From Chrysomallon squamiferum (lineage: Eukaryota; Animalia; Mollusca), in assembly GCA_012295275.1 (NCBI GenBank), contig CM022670.1, positions 17,298,001 through 17,362,000 on the forward strand: 64,000 bases of DNA. The letters are read 5' to 3'. Below are positions 27,878 through 40,269 of this stretch, piece after piece. Each line of letters begins with the position of its first letter. Positions within the stretch are counted from its first letter, which is position 1. The notes under the pieces were generated by a model. That model did not search any database and was not told the DNA's origin. It worked only from the letters and a program-made list of their open reading frames with translations. The position numbers were made by a program, and so were the translations under genes.

Positions 27878-29081
27878 CTTGAAAATATCACAAGATAAAT
27901 AATCAACTAAACGTTCTGATGTGTAAAGAAATCATTCTGTAATTCTCTCCCTGTTGTTTGTTTAAATGAAGTTACTAGTTTACACAATACATCACACATA
28001 TTATTTAAAATTGATATCTAGCTATCTATATATCTGTGTATAGTTGTTATTATTAATAGATACAAGGTTTTCTGTTTTTCTAACACAAAGCTTGTTTCAA
28101 TTTTCTTACTTTTCTCTCATGACAACAATAGGTAAGAAGAAACTGTATACATTTAAAAATGTCAAAATAATTTTATTGTTCATTTCAATTAAAATACTGT
28201 TTTGAAATTGAAATAAATTTGATTAATTAAAAATAACATCCAGTACAATCATGAAAATTTTTGTTTTTAAAAAAAAATCATGAAAAAAACAAATTAATAA
28301 ATAATAATAATCTTATTCAAATAATATATTTAACAAGAAATTTGTCCTCCTGTAATATTTATCCTTCTATAAAAATCGTATTTATAAATCCAACTGTAAT
28401 GTAAATCTTTTAAAAAGAAGTTAAAATCGTTTATTTTTTATCTGACTGAGGTGTAAATGTTCATCTATGACAGACACCAGTGTGTGCTACTGGGTGACAA
28501 CAGACAATTTAACTTGTCTAATAAAATTCTTTGTTTCTGATTTAAGCACAGTGTGAGTGGACTCTTGATGCAGGAGGCAACAAACTTCAGCATCAAGTGT
28601 TTATCTGGACATCTCCTTTGGACCTACTTCATTCAAGAAATAAAGCAATTCCTCAAGCAATATAGCTCAGCTTCAAAGAAATAATATTGTTCATATCCAA
28701 CACCCAGTGCAATGGCAAACAATAGAGCAATAAGGAACCTTTGAAAGTCACTACTGATAATGACCCATGCCTCTTTACAAGTCCCGTAATGTTAAGAAAA
28801 TTGTTATGAGAGAAAAGATCAGAGTAGAATTGTGTTTACAAGATAATTAACTATGATGTATTTACTACTAAAACAAAAGCCATAAAATCGTTCCATATGT
28901 ATAAGTGGTTCTTAGGTAATACTATATAAAAAAAAAAAAAAATAATAATAATGGTTGAAAATATTAAGAAACCTGATACTCAAAATATTTTAAAGAAAAT
29001 AATAATAATTAAAATACAACAGGCTTTCAAATAATTAAAAAAAAAAAAAAAAAAAAAAAAATGTTAATAGAAAGTTTTTAT

Positions 29082-29256
29082 CAGTGATTTCAGCCATTTG
29101 CAATACTATAAGGATACAGGGTGATGATAAAAGCTGTATATTTATAAGTACATAATTCAAGCCACTTCTATCATTATATAAAATGTAACCTAAGGGCTCC
29201 AGCGTTAAAAGTTATTTGAAATGGAGCACTGAAAAATAAAAGGTTAAAAACCACTG
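29082..29256. mobile_element. Old hAT/Charlie-like MITE remnant in the protocadherin intron
   Basis: Ends cagtgatttcagcc... and ...aaaggttaaaaaccactg resemble the CAGTGGTTCTCAACC-type TIR of Charlie elements. No TSD discernible. Confidence 0.4.
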
Positions 29257-31851
29257 ACAAATATAAACACTGAATCATGGAAAGTGTTTAACAATGAACT
29301 GAAGCTATTAATTGATTGAAGGAATTCACACAAAAAAAAATCAAAAAATAAATAAATAAATACAAACTCACCACCCTAAAAAAAAATAAAAAAATAACAA
29401 ATTCAAGCTTGTTTGACAACTCAGAATTATTAACATTAAAATATTTAATTTTACCATTAAAACAACAACAGAAAATTACTTTACTCCATAATTTTTCTAT
29501 TTTTGACCAAGTAATTAAATGTAAATATATTTTTTATCAATTTTCCGATGCCTAAAAATTTGAACTAAATAAATATCAAGAAGGTTTAAATATTTCTACA
29601 GAAAACAGTGGAAGTCGAAAAAAAACAAACAAAAAACCCCCAACAATCTTAAACATCCCTGTTAGAGATACAGTCATTACAAACATACGTACAAGTAAAA
29701 TTAACTGCTAAAATTACAACAATATATCAAAACAGGACAATGATGTTATTATAACAACAGTACATATTTTAAATTTTGTATTATTATTTTTAATTTGTTA
29801 ATATTATTCATTTTTCAAAATTATTATTACTTCTTGATGGTGGTGATGATGATGATGACTATGATGATAATATTAATAATGATGATGACTATCTGATGTG
29901 TAATATCTGTCAGCTGATCTGTGATTAACAGGTGAGTGCTTCCCAGAACACACAGAGACGGTCAGTGACAGTGAAATGAGAACTTGATAAACACAATCAC
30001 GTCAGATACCACCAGCTACCCACCCAACCCTGCTGATTTCACTTTATGTGTGCCCTACAGAAATACTCACTGAATTACTCATTTCTCATACAGTAAGTTC
30101 TGACAAAGTTGTGACTAACTTACAGTGAAATATATATATTTAATAATAAATAATATAAAATATTAAATATAATGTATATAATATATATATAAAATATTAA
30201 ATAATGTATATAATATATATATAAAATATTAAATAGCATGCATTTAACATAAGAAATTTAAAAAACAAGAAAAAAAGGTTACAGTTTTACATATTCAAGA
30301 CACCATAATAAAACCCCTGTCAGTGTGCCACTACAAAGATTAAACAGAGTAAGTGAAAAGAGAAAGGTTCAAAGATCAGTAAACTGTAAACTAATATAAA
30401 ATATTTGAAAATTATGAACTTAAATAACAGCATTTGAGATAAAAACAGAGCAGGAAATATTTTCTATTTCATCAGAAAAAGAGAGAGAAAAAAACCCAAC
30501 AAAAAAACATTCCAGACAACTAAATTTCATCACTTTTCTTTTAAAATAAATTGTATCAGTTAATTTTTATTTTAACATATTCGTGTTTCTTTTTTTTCTA
30601 CCTAATGTGTAAATTCCTTATGATTGCCACATATAATTATTTCTCATACTGAAACTATTCTCACATCATTGCTGATTCACTCACTATGGTATAATTAATT
30701 TTTTGATTTATTATTATTATTTTTTATCTGTTTTGTTTATTTAGAAACTCTATTTCCTATGTCTTATTACTCATCAGTACCTTTGTAAACAGTTTCATTT
30801 ATTATCAATCATATTTGTATGTAAAAATTAAATCACAGAGATCAAGACACTAAATATATAAAAATATTATCATGCTTCAAGAAAATCAAACTTGAACAAT
30901 TATATTATTTTCTTCTTTTAAAAAAAAAAGAAAAAATGCTAATATTACTCTTATTAGTAAAAATATAAATGTTAAAGTAGTAACATAAATACTGTTTGAC
31001 GTGGGTATAATGATAAAAAGGAAAATGGCTGTGTGTGAAGTACAAAATGCCAAACATTTTTTTCAGTGTTTATCTCAAAGTTCATCACTTAGTGAGTTCA
31101 GAAAATGCCCCCAAGAAATACAACAGTGGTGTGTGACATTTTTATACATGAAATACTGTCAACTTCCAGACAAAATCTCCAGTCCTTATTTAAAATAAAA
31201 ACAAAAACAAAAACAAAAATTTAAACTAAAATATTTAGCTATTTGTTTATTTTTTGTTTTTATTTTTTTTTTTTGTTTTGTTTTGTTTTGTTACTAAATA
31301 ATTATTGCCAGCTTTAAAAGAGATTACATGAAAATATATATAAAAAAATAAGATTACTGAAAACATATAAAAAAAATAACATTACTGAAAACATAGTTTA
31401 AAATAAACATTTCCACTTTCTTAAAGTTTTCAACTGCTGTAGGCAAATAAATGTATCTCAATACATTTTAATGACATTTAATAAAAACACTGATATTTTT
31501 TCTGAAAATAATTTTAAATATTACTGTGTATGACAAAAAATACAGAGGAAGATATTTTTACAAGAATAAAACATTTGGTACTAACAACCAGCAACAAATT
31601 ATTTTATTAAAATAATAAATAATTATTTATTAATTACAAATTAAATATTTAGTAACAGTTATTACAATTATTACGAAAATGTTATTACTGAAATGAAGTT
31701 TATAAACAGATTAATACAAAGATGAAATATGATGAAATAATATTTAATAAGTTTAAATAAAGTTTGTTACTTGTGTCATGATCACTACTGAGATGCTGCT
31801 TTGTGGTGAAAAGGTAACCAGTATTTACTAAGATTAAATAAAGTGTGTTAC

Positions 31852-31990
31852 CTGTGTCATGATTTGTTAGTCTGGTGTTGTTGACGTCATCGTCACTCCC
31901 TCCTCGCCCACTGTCACTCGTTCCTGTCTCCCCTGACGATTCACTTATCTCATCGTCTGGTTTCTTCAACAACTCCATCAGTTTGTTGGC
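31852..31990 (-). CDS. Protocadherin cytoplasmic exon (139 nt, phase 0-1; ANKLMELLKKPDDEISESSGETGTSDSGRGGSDDD...NHDT)
   Basis: Contains DSGRGGSD, resembling the DSGxGxSD motif of delta-protocadherin tails. Donor CAG|GTAACA at 31852/31851. The only nearby phase-0 acceptor is an atypical aaaatgAAG|GCC, with a CTAAT branch-like site about 25 nt upstream, so the exact 5' boundary is less certain. Confidence 0.8.
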
Positions 31991-32442
31991 CTTCATTTTT
32001 AAAATAATTCTCAATTAGCACTTCGTTTAGTTAAAGGTAAAAGTGAATTCAAGATATGCAGTAATAAAGTTGATTAATTCCAAATTTTCATTATTATTTA
32101 AATGAAGATGTATTTTTTTTATAGGTTTTCTAACTGTATAACAATACTGAAAAAAAAAAAATATAAATACACATGCACACCACACACTCATAAACACATG
32201 CTCACATGCACATGTAAGTTTATATATATCATTATATAAGAAAAAAGATCATTCAATAAAGCAAAATTAATTTTAAAATGATAATAAATTTAAAAAACAA
32301 GATCAAAAAAAAAAAAAAAAGGTATGAAAATGAAAAAAAAAAAAAAAGAACAACAAAAAAAAAAATAAAAAAATTAAAAAATAAAAATAAGAATTAGTAA
32401 TGATAACAAACAACAATCAAAACAAATAAAAACACTGTTAAC

Positions 32443-32610
32443 CTCATCCTGGTTCATGTTGTGAATCCACTGTTTATCGGGAGAAGGGTGGGGTGGTGGT
32501 ATGTTATGGAGGAGAAAACTGGGGTGACCACTCCCCGAGGAATCAGGACTATTAACATTGTTCTGAACAACATTGCTGTTTCCTATCACCAGACCTACTT
32601 CCCTGCAGTT
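32443..32610 (-). CDS. Protocadherin cytoplasmic exon (168 nt, phase 0-0; NCREVGLVIGN...HNMNQDE)
   Basis: Acceptor ggatttCAG|AAC at 32611/32610 and donor GAG|GTTAAC at 32443/32442. Open frame, GC-richer than its flanks, and phases match both neighbouring exons. Confidence 0.8.
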
Positions 32611-33557
32611 CTGAAATCCAAATATAGTCATTTTATTTTATTTTTTTTATTTACTTACTTTTTTTGTAACTTAATTACATGGTCAGCTTGCTGTTAGAAA
32701 TGTTTAAAAAAAATTCAGTTTGAATTTATTTATTCATTATTATTTATAAAAGAGGTTTCAAAATATTAATTATCTTTGAAAGAATACTGTTTGATTTTAT
32801 TATTCTTCATCAACTTTGGAATTACCATTTATAATTTTGAAAATTAATAATTAGAAAATAATTTGTGAATTGATATTATAAAACAAATAAAGCATATATT
32901 TGCTCTTCCATTAAGATAAATTAGATATTATTAAATTCAGCTTCTGAAGAATTGTACAGAAACAAATGGAAATTCCAGTGGACAAAACAATAGCAGGAAT
33001 AGCAGACGGCAATGAAAGCTTCCATTATTTGCCTCAGCAAATGTTTTACATTGTGATGGAAAGAACAGAAAGAGAATCTGAAAATCTTATTTAGCCTCTG
33101 GGAATAGTCTTTAGAGTTAAGTGGAATATCTCTACAAAATGTCTGATGGAAATAGAGAGTGATTAAAAAATAGAAAATGTAAATCACAGGAATTGTTCTG
33201 TATCTGAGTAGAGGTAGAACTTATCAATCATAACTTCAAAATATCAGTACTGTTTCTATGTGGAATATTTTTTTATTAAAGTTTAGATAATTTTATAACT
33301 TCATTTTAGACAGAATATTAATTTTCAGAGATTTCAATTTTAAAACTATATGTATATTCACTTTAGGATATATATTCTGAACTAAACTATATTTTTTGTT
33401 TTTTAATTTATTTTGGAAAAACTACATTATTTCTTATGAAACAAAAACTAAGGACTATACTAAATGTAAAAACAAATAAAAAATTTAAACCAAAAATAAA
33501 ATACAAATAGTAAATGATATAGTAAATGTTTACATGTGTGTTTACTTGCACACTTAC

Positions 33558-36265
33558 CTTTAAGGAATGTTCTGGACCACCACTTCCAAATGTTGACATC
33601 GAAGCATGGCCAGAAGAGTTACTACTGTTGTGTGTGTCTTTTTCATCTTCCAGAGAAAAACTCACTTCTTTTCGGTTCTTTTTTGAAATTCCATCATTTC
33701 CATTAGAATCTTTGGACACAGTAGACAGTCTGTTTGCTTGACATGAAGGTGGGATCTGAACAGAATTGGCATCAACAGTTTTAGAGACAACAACTTGACT
33801 ATGGTGTTCTCGGTCAATTCTACGAATCATGAATATGGTGGCCACTATGGCAATGGCCAAAATTATTGTCACTGCTATAAGAATAATCACTATTAACATG
33901 TTCTGGTCCAGTCCATGCTGGCTGTCTATGTCTGCATAAGTGCCATTTGTATAAATAACAACATTAAGTTTAGCCTCAACCATTTTTGATGATCGTCCAC
34001 TGTCCTTGACAGCCAGGGTGAGACTGTGAGTTTTAATATCAGAAGGATGCATGAGTCTTGAGATGGCAATTTCACCAGTGATTCGGTTGATGTTGAACAG
34101 GTTGTCAGAATTGCCTTGTTTTATGAAAAGAACAACTGTCTGTGGACAACATCATCACTATCTTCGGCTTTAATGGTGGCAATAACTGAACCCACTTTGA
34201 GATTGTAGACAACCTTTACTGAGTTGTTGTGAGCACTTGGGAAGATTATTTTAGGAATATTGTCATTATCATCAAGAATCTGAACCGAAACTTGGGCCGT
34301 GTCATAAAAACTTGATACAAATGGATCCTGAACTTGAACTGAAAAGTTAAACTTAGACTGCAACTCTCTGTCAAATTCTCTCTGTGTTTTGATCTGACCT
34401 GTTTTGGAGTCAAGAGAAAAATAGTATCCTGCATCAGTATTTGGCAAAAATGAAAATAAATTTTTTGAAGCTTTACCTAAATCTGCATCAGTGAAAGTAA
34501 GGTTTCCAACTGGAGTTCCAGATGGCTGGTTTTCTAGGACATAGAATAAAAACACTGGTTTTGTAAATCGTGGAGGCTGATCATTCTGATCAAGGATGCT
34601 GACAACAACCTCTGCTGTGCTAATTCTGGGAGGTGAACCGTGATCTGTAGCAATCACATGGAAACTGTACTGTGAAACCTTCTCTCTGTCAAATGGAGTA
34701 TTGGCTTTGATAACACCAGTTTTTGGATTAATAACAAACAATGATTTGGCATCATTTGCAAGTGAATATGATATTTTACCATTCTCAGAACTATCCCAGT
34801 CATGAGCCACAACTTGTAGAATCTCCTCTCCGACAGCATTGTTCTCCTGAATGCTTCCTGAGAACATTCTTCTGTCAAATTCTGGACTGTTGTCATTTTC
34901 ATCAAGAACAGTAACAGTGAAACTGGTAGAGTTCCACTTTGGGTTGACTCCTTTGTCTCGACACTTGACTGTGACGTTGTGTGTGGGAGATCTCTCGTGA
35001 TCCAGACTCTTGTTCAGAGTTATCTTGAACACATTGAACACATTGTGGTAAAACTGCTGCAGTGCAAAGTGTGAATCACTCATTTCACAAACAACTGCAC
35101 CGTTAGGCCCAGTGTCTGCATCTGACACTGAAACATGAGCAATGAATTTACCTGTTTCCACTCCTTCAGAAATATCAGTACCTTCTGGAGACAGATTAAT
35201 GTTGATTTGAGGTGCATTGTCATTCTCGTCCATAACATTTATAATAACTGTAGCAAATGAAGATAATTCTGGAGTTCCATGGTCGTGAGCTTTTACCATC
35301 AGCTGATACTGTTGATTCTTTTCAAAATCAATTTCACCCTTTGCATAAATGTTTCCTGTTTTTGAATCAATACCAAATGCTTTAGGTAAAAGTCTTGAAC
35401 TGAACTGAAAAGACACTTCCCCATTCTCACCCAAGTCCTGATCCACAGCTGACACTTGAATGATTGATGAGTTTATGGGACGATTTTCATAGACAGACAC
35501 ATTATAGAAAGACTTAATGAAGGCAGGTTCGTTGTCGTTGACGTCAGTGACTGTGATGTTGATGAGAACAGAACCAGACCTGGGAGGACTGCCACCATCA
35601 ACAGCTGTCACCTTTATCTGAAAGAAGTCTTTCGTTTCTCTGTCAAGTGGATGTTTGACAACAATTGCCAGGTCAGAACTGCCGTCCAGCTTGCGCTGTT
35701 CTTCTAAACCAAACATTCCATTCTGAGGACTAAGTGTGTATGTTTGAATTGAAAAGGGTTGGGTGTCAGGATCAATGGCACCACTTGCCAGCAACATGTG
35801 ATTTAAAGGTACAGATTCAGGCACACTGAGACTAATACTGCTCTGAGGAAATGTTGGAGGGTTGTCATTGATATCAATGAGTGTCACTGTGGTAGGCATG
35901 AACCGATAGAAGTTATAGGCATTCTTTAAGAGATCTTTCTGGTAGATTGCTACTTCCAAATTCAAAACACATTTAAGTCTGGTCTGACAAACACTTTCTC
36001 TGTCAATCTTTTGGGCTGTTGTGATTGTGCTATCTTTCTCATCGATGTTAAAGAGATGAGAAAAAGGGTTCCCCTGAGAAAAGAATTCGTACTTCATGTT
36101 GTCTGCCTGAATGGCTGAAAGATTATTTAGCAAGAGGCTGTCTTTGGCAACATTTCCAACTTTGAGACCAGCTGGTTCTTCTTCTTTGATTTGGTAAGAA
36201 AGACCGTTTCCCAGAGTCAGACACAACATGGCAGAGAACACAAGACAAATAAAGATGATACTCAT
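33558..36265 (-). CDS. Protocadherin (delta-like, 7 cadherin repeats), large first coding exon: signal peptide, EC1-EC7, TM helix and proximal cytoplasmic tail; -1 frameshift at about 34125
   Basis: ORF 34121..36265 has a signal peptide (MSIIFICLVFSAMLCLTLG) and six complete repeats with PE/DRE/DxD/DxNDN-type motifs (DINDNPP, DVNDNEP, DENDNAP, DENDNSP, DQNDQPP, DDNDNIP). EC1 has the protocadherin C-x5-C motif (DRESVCQTRLKC). EC7 continues in the -1 frame (FIKQGNSDNLFNINRITGEI...LAVKDSG) into ORF 33408..34052, which has the TM segment MLIVIILIAVTIILAIAIVATIFMI. Phase-0 donor AAG|GTAAGT at 33558/33557. Upstream acceptor ttgtatttttCAG at 36348/36347. Confidence 0.95.
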
Positions 36266-36347
36266 GATGAAGTTGAGATAAAAATGAGCATTAGAAAAAT
36301 ATATTCAAACTGTCTGTACAAAAATGTAAATCCTCTTCATTTATTAC
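36266..36347 (-). other. Protocadherin 5' UTR portion of the large exon, with two uORFs (36340-36305 and 36291-36262)
   Basis: Lies between the CAG acceptor (36348) and the main ATG (36265). uORF1 = MKRIYIFVQTV*. uORF2 = MLIFISTSS*, whose TGA overlaps the main ATG. Confidence 0.7.
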
Positions 36348-37814
36348 CTGAAAAATACAAAAAATAACTTTTTGGTAAATTTAATTTAAACTTAAAAGAC
36401 AAAATTATATATGCAGATTATCACTTTAAAATTTTTTAATTATAAATACCGTTTATACTATATCAATAAGTTATTTACTCTAATTTCAATATATGGTTGT
36501 TGTTTTTGATTAACAAATACTAATAAGTATCCAAATATATATATAAGACTATCATTTTAAAAACCATAAATTATAATTAAATGACAATTAAAATAAATTG
36601 GATTACTAAATAATAATAAAAATTCATCAGATGACAAATAAAATTAAAATTAAAAAATCTCAAACACAAATAACATAAAACCCACATTCTGACTTTTACA
36701 TTTGACTTTTCTTACCAAAGAACTTGAAACATCTGAATAAAGTGGTACAGAGTGCATGCAGTCAACTAACAACCAAAGTCATGCACTTGGTAAAAAAAAA
36801 AGAAAAAGTAAATCTGTTTGTTTTTAGAACAATGAGGCAATCTGGGGAGTGATTGCTGTGTTTGGACAGTGGTCTGCAGTAGCCATCAACCACACAGCCC
36901 CAGGACAGAGAGGTTTTTAACACATGAAGCTAGTTTTAATGGTGCAGCTAGACTGGTGTCTGTGTTGTTTCTGTATTTAACACACAAGTGTAATTTTACT
37001 TAAATGACACTATTTGCTAAGTAACCAATTAAAAAGTGCAGTCCATTAACATGTACTTTCTTCTGTTTGTTGTGTTAAAGTGTTTCTTGTGATGGCTGAT
37101 AAAGTCATTTTGAATTGTTGAGAAAACATTTTTATACCCCTTTTGTTCGTTCAGGTAAATAAATTTATAGTTTAAAAAAAAAAAAAAAGATTTTGAAATA
37201 AAAATAATAAATATGAGAATAAATGATATATTTATACAACTTTGATTACAAAGAAAATGTATTAAAAAAACAGGCAATAAATTAACTACATTTAACATTA
37301 GCCATGTTTTAATGACTTTTATATAAAGTAATCACTTATTCATTCATTCAAGATTTTATCTTCTCATGTTACATATTTGTTTTGAAAAAATAAACATACA
37401 AATAATTAGCATATAATACTTGTAAATAATTTGAAATACAAAATTATTAAATATATTAATTTGAAATAGATATATTTTCCTTAATTTTTATTATTGAACA
37501 AAATGTTTTTTCTCTCTTAAAATGTTTTTATGAATCTGTATTTTGTTATTTTAAGCAAAAAACAAAAAAAAAAAAAAAAATGAAAAAAAAAAAAAAAAAA
37601 AAAAAAGAAAAAATAAAATAAACAATTAATTTTTTTTATATATATATAAATATATAAAATAATAATAATAATAAAAAAAAATATTTGTAAGTAAATATCA
37701 ATATAAGTATCCATGCATATATGTATATATATATATATATCATATATATTTTAAAACCTTTCATATATATATAATAAAATTTAAAAAAATATAAATAAAT
37801 TGAATAACAAATAC

Positions 37815-37997
37815 CTGACAATCCCAGCCAACTACCCAACCTGACAACAGAGTGCATGAACAGTTTGATCAGAAAAGTGTATGTCCAGTGAGTGTGTTTA
37901 CAGGACAGCGTATGTCCAGTGTTTTTACAGGACAGTGTGCGTCCAGTGTTTTTACACAGAGTGTGTGTGTCCAGTGTTGTGACACAAGTGTTATATA
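37815..37997 (-). promoter_or_regulatory. Candidate protocadherin core promoter (TATATAA at 37997-37991) and non-coding first exon ending at donor 37815
   Basis: GC-richer island between long A/T tracts. TATA element is followed about 180 nt later by CAG|GTATTT. No transcript evidence. Confidence 0.45.
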
Positions 37998-40269
37998 AAC
38001 CTGCAGACAGAGAAGTGTGGCTGCATTCAGCCAGTGCTAACCACAATGTCAACACTCAGCACAGACAATAGTAAGTGTTAACACAGTAAACCAGTTGTAC
38101 ATGGACCAACAAGTAGTTTTCAAATGTATCTTGATAATGATGATGATAATAAAATAATAATAGTAATAATAAGTTAATAAAAATAAAATAAATAATAAAT
38201 AATGATGATAATAATAATATAAATAATGAAAACCAAAAAAAAAAAGAGAAATAAAATGAAATAATAATAATGATAATGATTATTATTATTATATGAAAAG
38301 ACTATTTTTCCATGTCAAATAATTTAAATAAAAATAAAAATAGAAATAAAAAAAATATATATATATATATATATATTTATTAACCATATTAAACATCTTA
38401 ATATTTAGTATATGATGAAATCAATTTATAACATTAGATAAACTTTGGAAAAATTTATAAAACTTCTGAAACAAGCAATAAATGACCCAAGCATTTCAAA
38501 TTTACCTACAAATATATATGGAGATGAATTTGTAAAGAAGAATAATGAAATAAGAAACAATTGTGAACTGACAGAAATAACACCTGTATTGATTCACACA
38601 ATGTATTTTTTTTCTTCTACAGAATAATCAACAAACTGACACAGGTGTTCATAAATAATTAAAAAAACTATCCTGGTTAATTACAGAGCTTGTCCTCAAG
38701 AAATACTTATGAGAACACAAGACAACAATAGACAACTCATCACAGTGGTTTTTCAAGGAGAAGGAGAACAGTACCTCACAGCCAGACCTAAAGCTTCTCC
38801 TGGTGCTGCTGGGAAATATCTGTGATACATACCAAACATGAGCGTACTGTAAAGAGCTTATCTCAACAGTGATGTTTTGACGAAATGACATCTGCAGACA
38901 AAGAATGGACACAAGATCTGGACACTTGTGTTTTGGACACTGGACAGTACTTCATGCTGGTAATAGTGGATACTGAGTGGACAATGTGATTGGGAGAATT
39001 ATGAAACATTATTCTAGCAGTGGCCTCATTAGTGAGTTGTTAGTCCAATTCTGACATAACCTTATATCATCTTTCTGTGACAAAGAATGCAATGTGTGTG
39101 TGTGTGTGTGTGAGTGGGGATGCATACCACAGCATAACCTAGGATAACTTTTACATTTATTAGGTAAAACAAAATATGTGGAAAAAAAAGAAGAAAAGAA
39201 AACCTAACTGAAAATTAGAAGTCACTCATTTAATTTTATTTATTTACACATCAAACTTTTAGTAATTAGAAATGGTTAAGATATAGAAATAATGTTTTAA
39301 AATTGTTTTTGCCTTTTCTGGAGTTTAAACAATTAAATTATCACTTGATGCAAGACATCTGAAAACTGGTGACAGTTATAAAGTTTGTGTATTTCTGTGT
39401 GTGTGTGCCCACAGTATCGTTAATGCTATATCATATATTTTAGTATTTAATTTAGTATTTATTTGTTTTAATGAAACATCTTTGTTTATTCTTGGAATGT
39501 AACATTTTTATTTTTATACAATAATTTATAAAAGATTCAGTAACATGATCAAGTTAGACTCAAAATGCCACGAATCACCTCTAATCTCTGTATCAGTGAA
39601 CTTTTTCTTACATCAGTAATAGGCTTACTTGTGAAATAAAGTACAGTACATTGAAAACCAATCTCTTATTACTGTTAACCTTTGCCTTACAAACTGTAAT
39701 CTGACTAATACTAGGATTTAACTCTAGACTGCAGTTCAGGCATAAAAGCTGAGCAAACATCAAATTACAGATACTGCAATTGGAAAGTCTGTGTATATCC
39801 AATTTTTATAACCACGAATTAGCTGATCAGTCTAATCACTGGGGATTCAAACTGACCTGATAACAGTTTTTCCTGTCTATCAGCTGTCTGCAATCTCAAT
39901 ACTTCTGTATAAACGCTGACAAAAATCTAACAACAGCTTCTGATAATGTATATTAGAAACCAGTGGCATCCTTCTAACATTGCTGTATAATTAAACATCA
40001 TAAAATGTCCGGTGTGGGTAAATTGTCTATTGATAAGAAAAGCCAGAGTTGTTAGACAATTAGAGAGAACAAAGAAAGGGACAGCCAGCACATGGGTGCC
40101 ATAACCAATCATCTTCATTCATCCCTTGTCAACCTGACGCCCAGTTTGCTGGCTAATAACAGAGTCTTGCAAATCACATAAATTATTTAAGAATCTCAGA
40201 GGCAAGTTTCCATTTGTCCACCAACACCTATGCGTGACTAAAAGCAATAATATTTTCTCTTCAGATCCA

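Noticed and set aside
28564-28597. Intronic hairpin cttgatgc...gcatcaag
   Set aside because: Too short for a pre-miRNA, with no other support.
33408-34052. 214-aa ORF as a separate gene
   Set aside because: It is the frameshifted continuation of the protocadherin, and its last ~50 codons run past the donor into intron.
34053-34135. Small intron bridging the EC7 frameshift
   Set aside because: The intervening sequence encodes recognisable cadherin residues (LFNINRITGEI), and a 1-nt indel explains the break.
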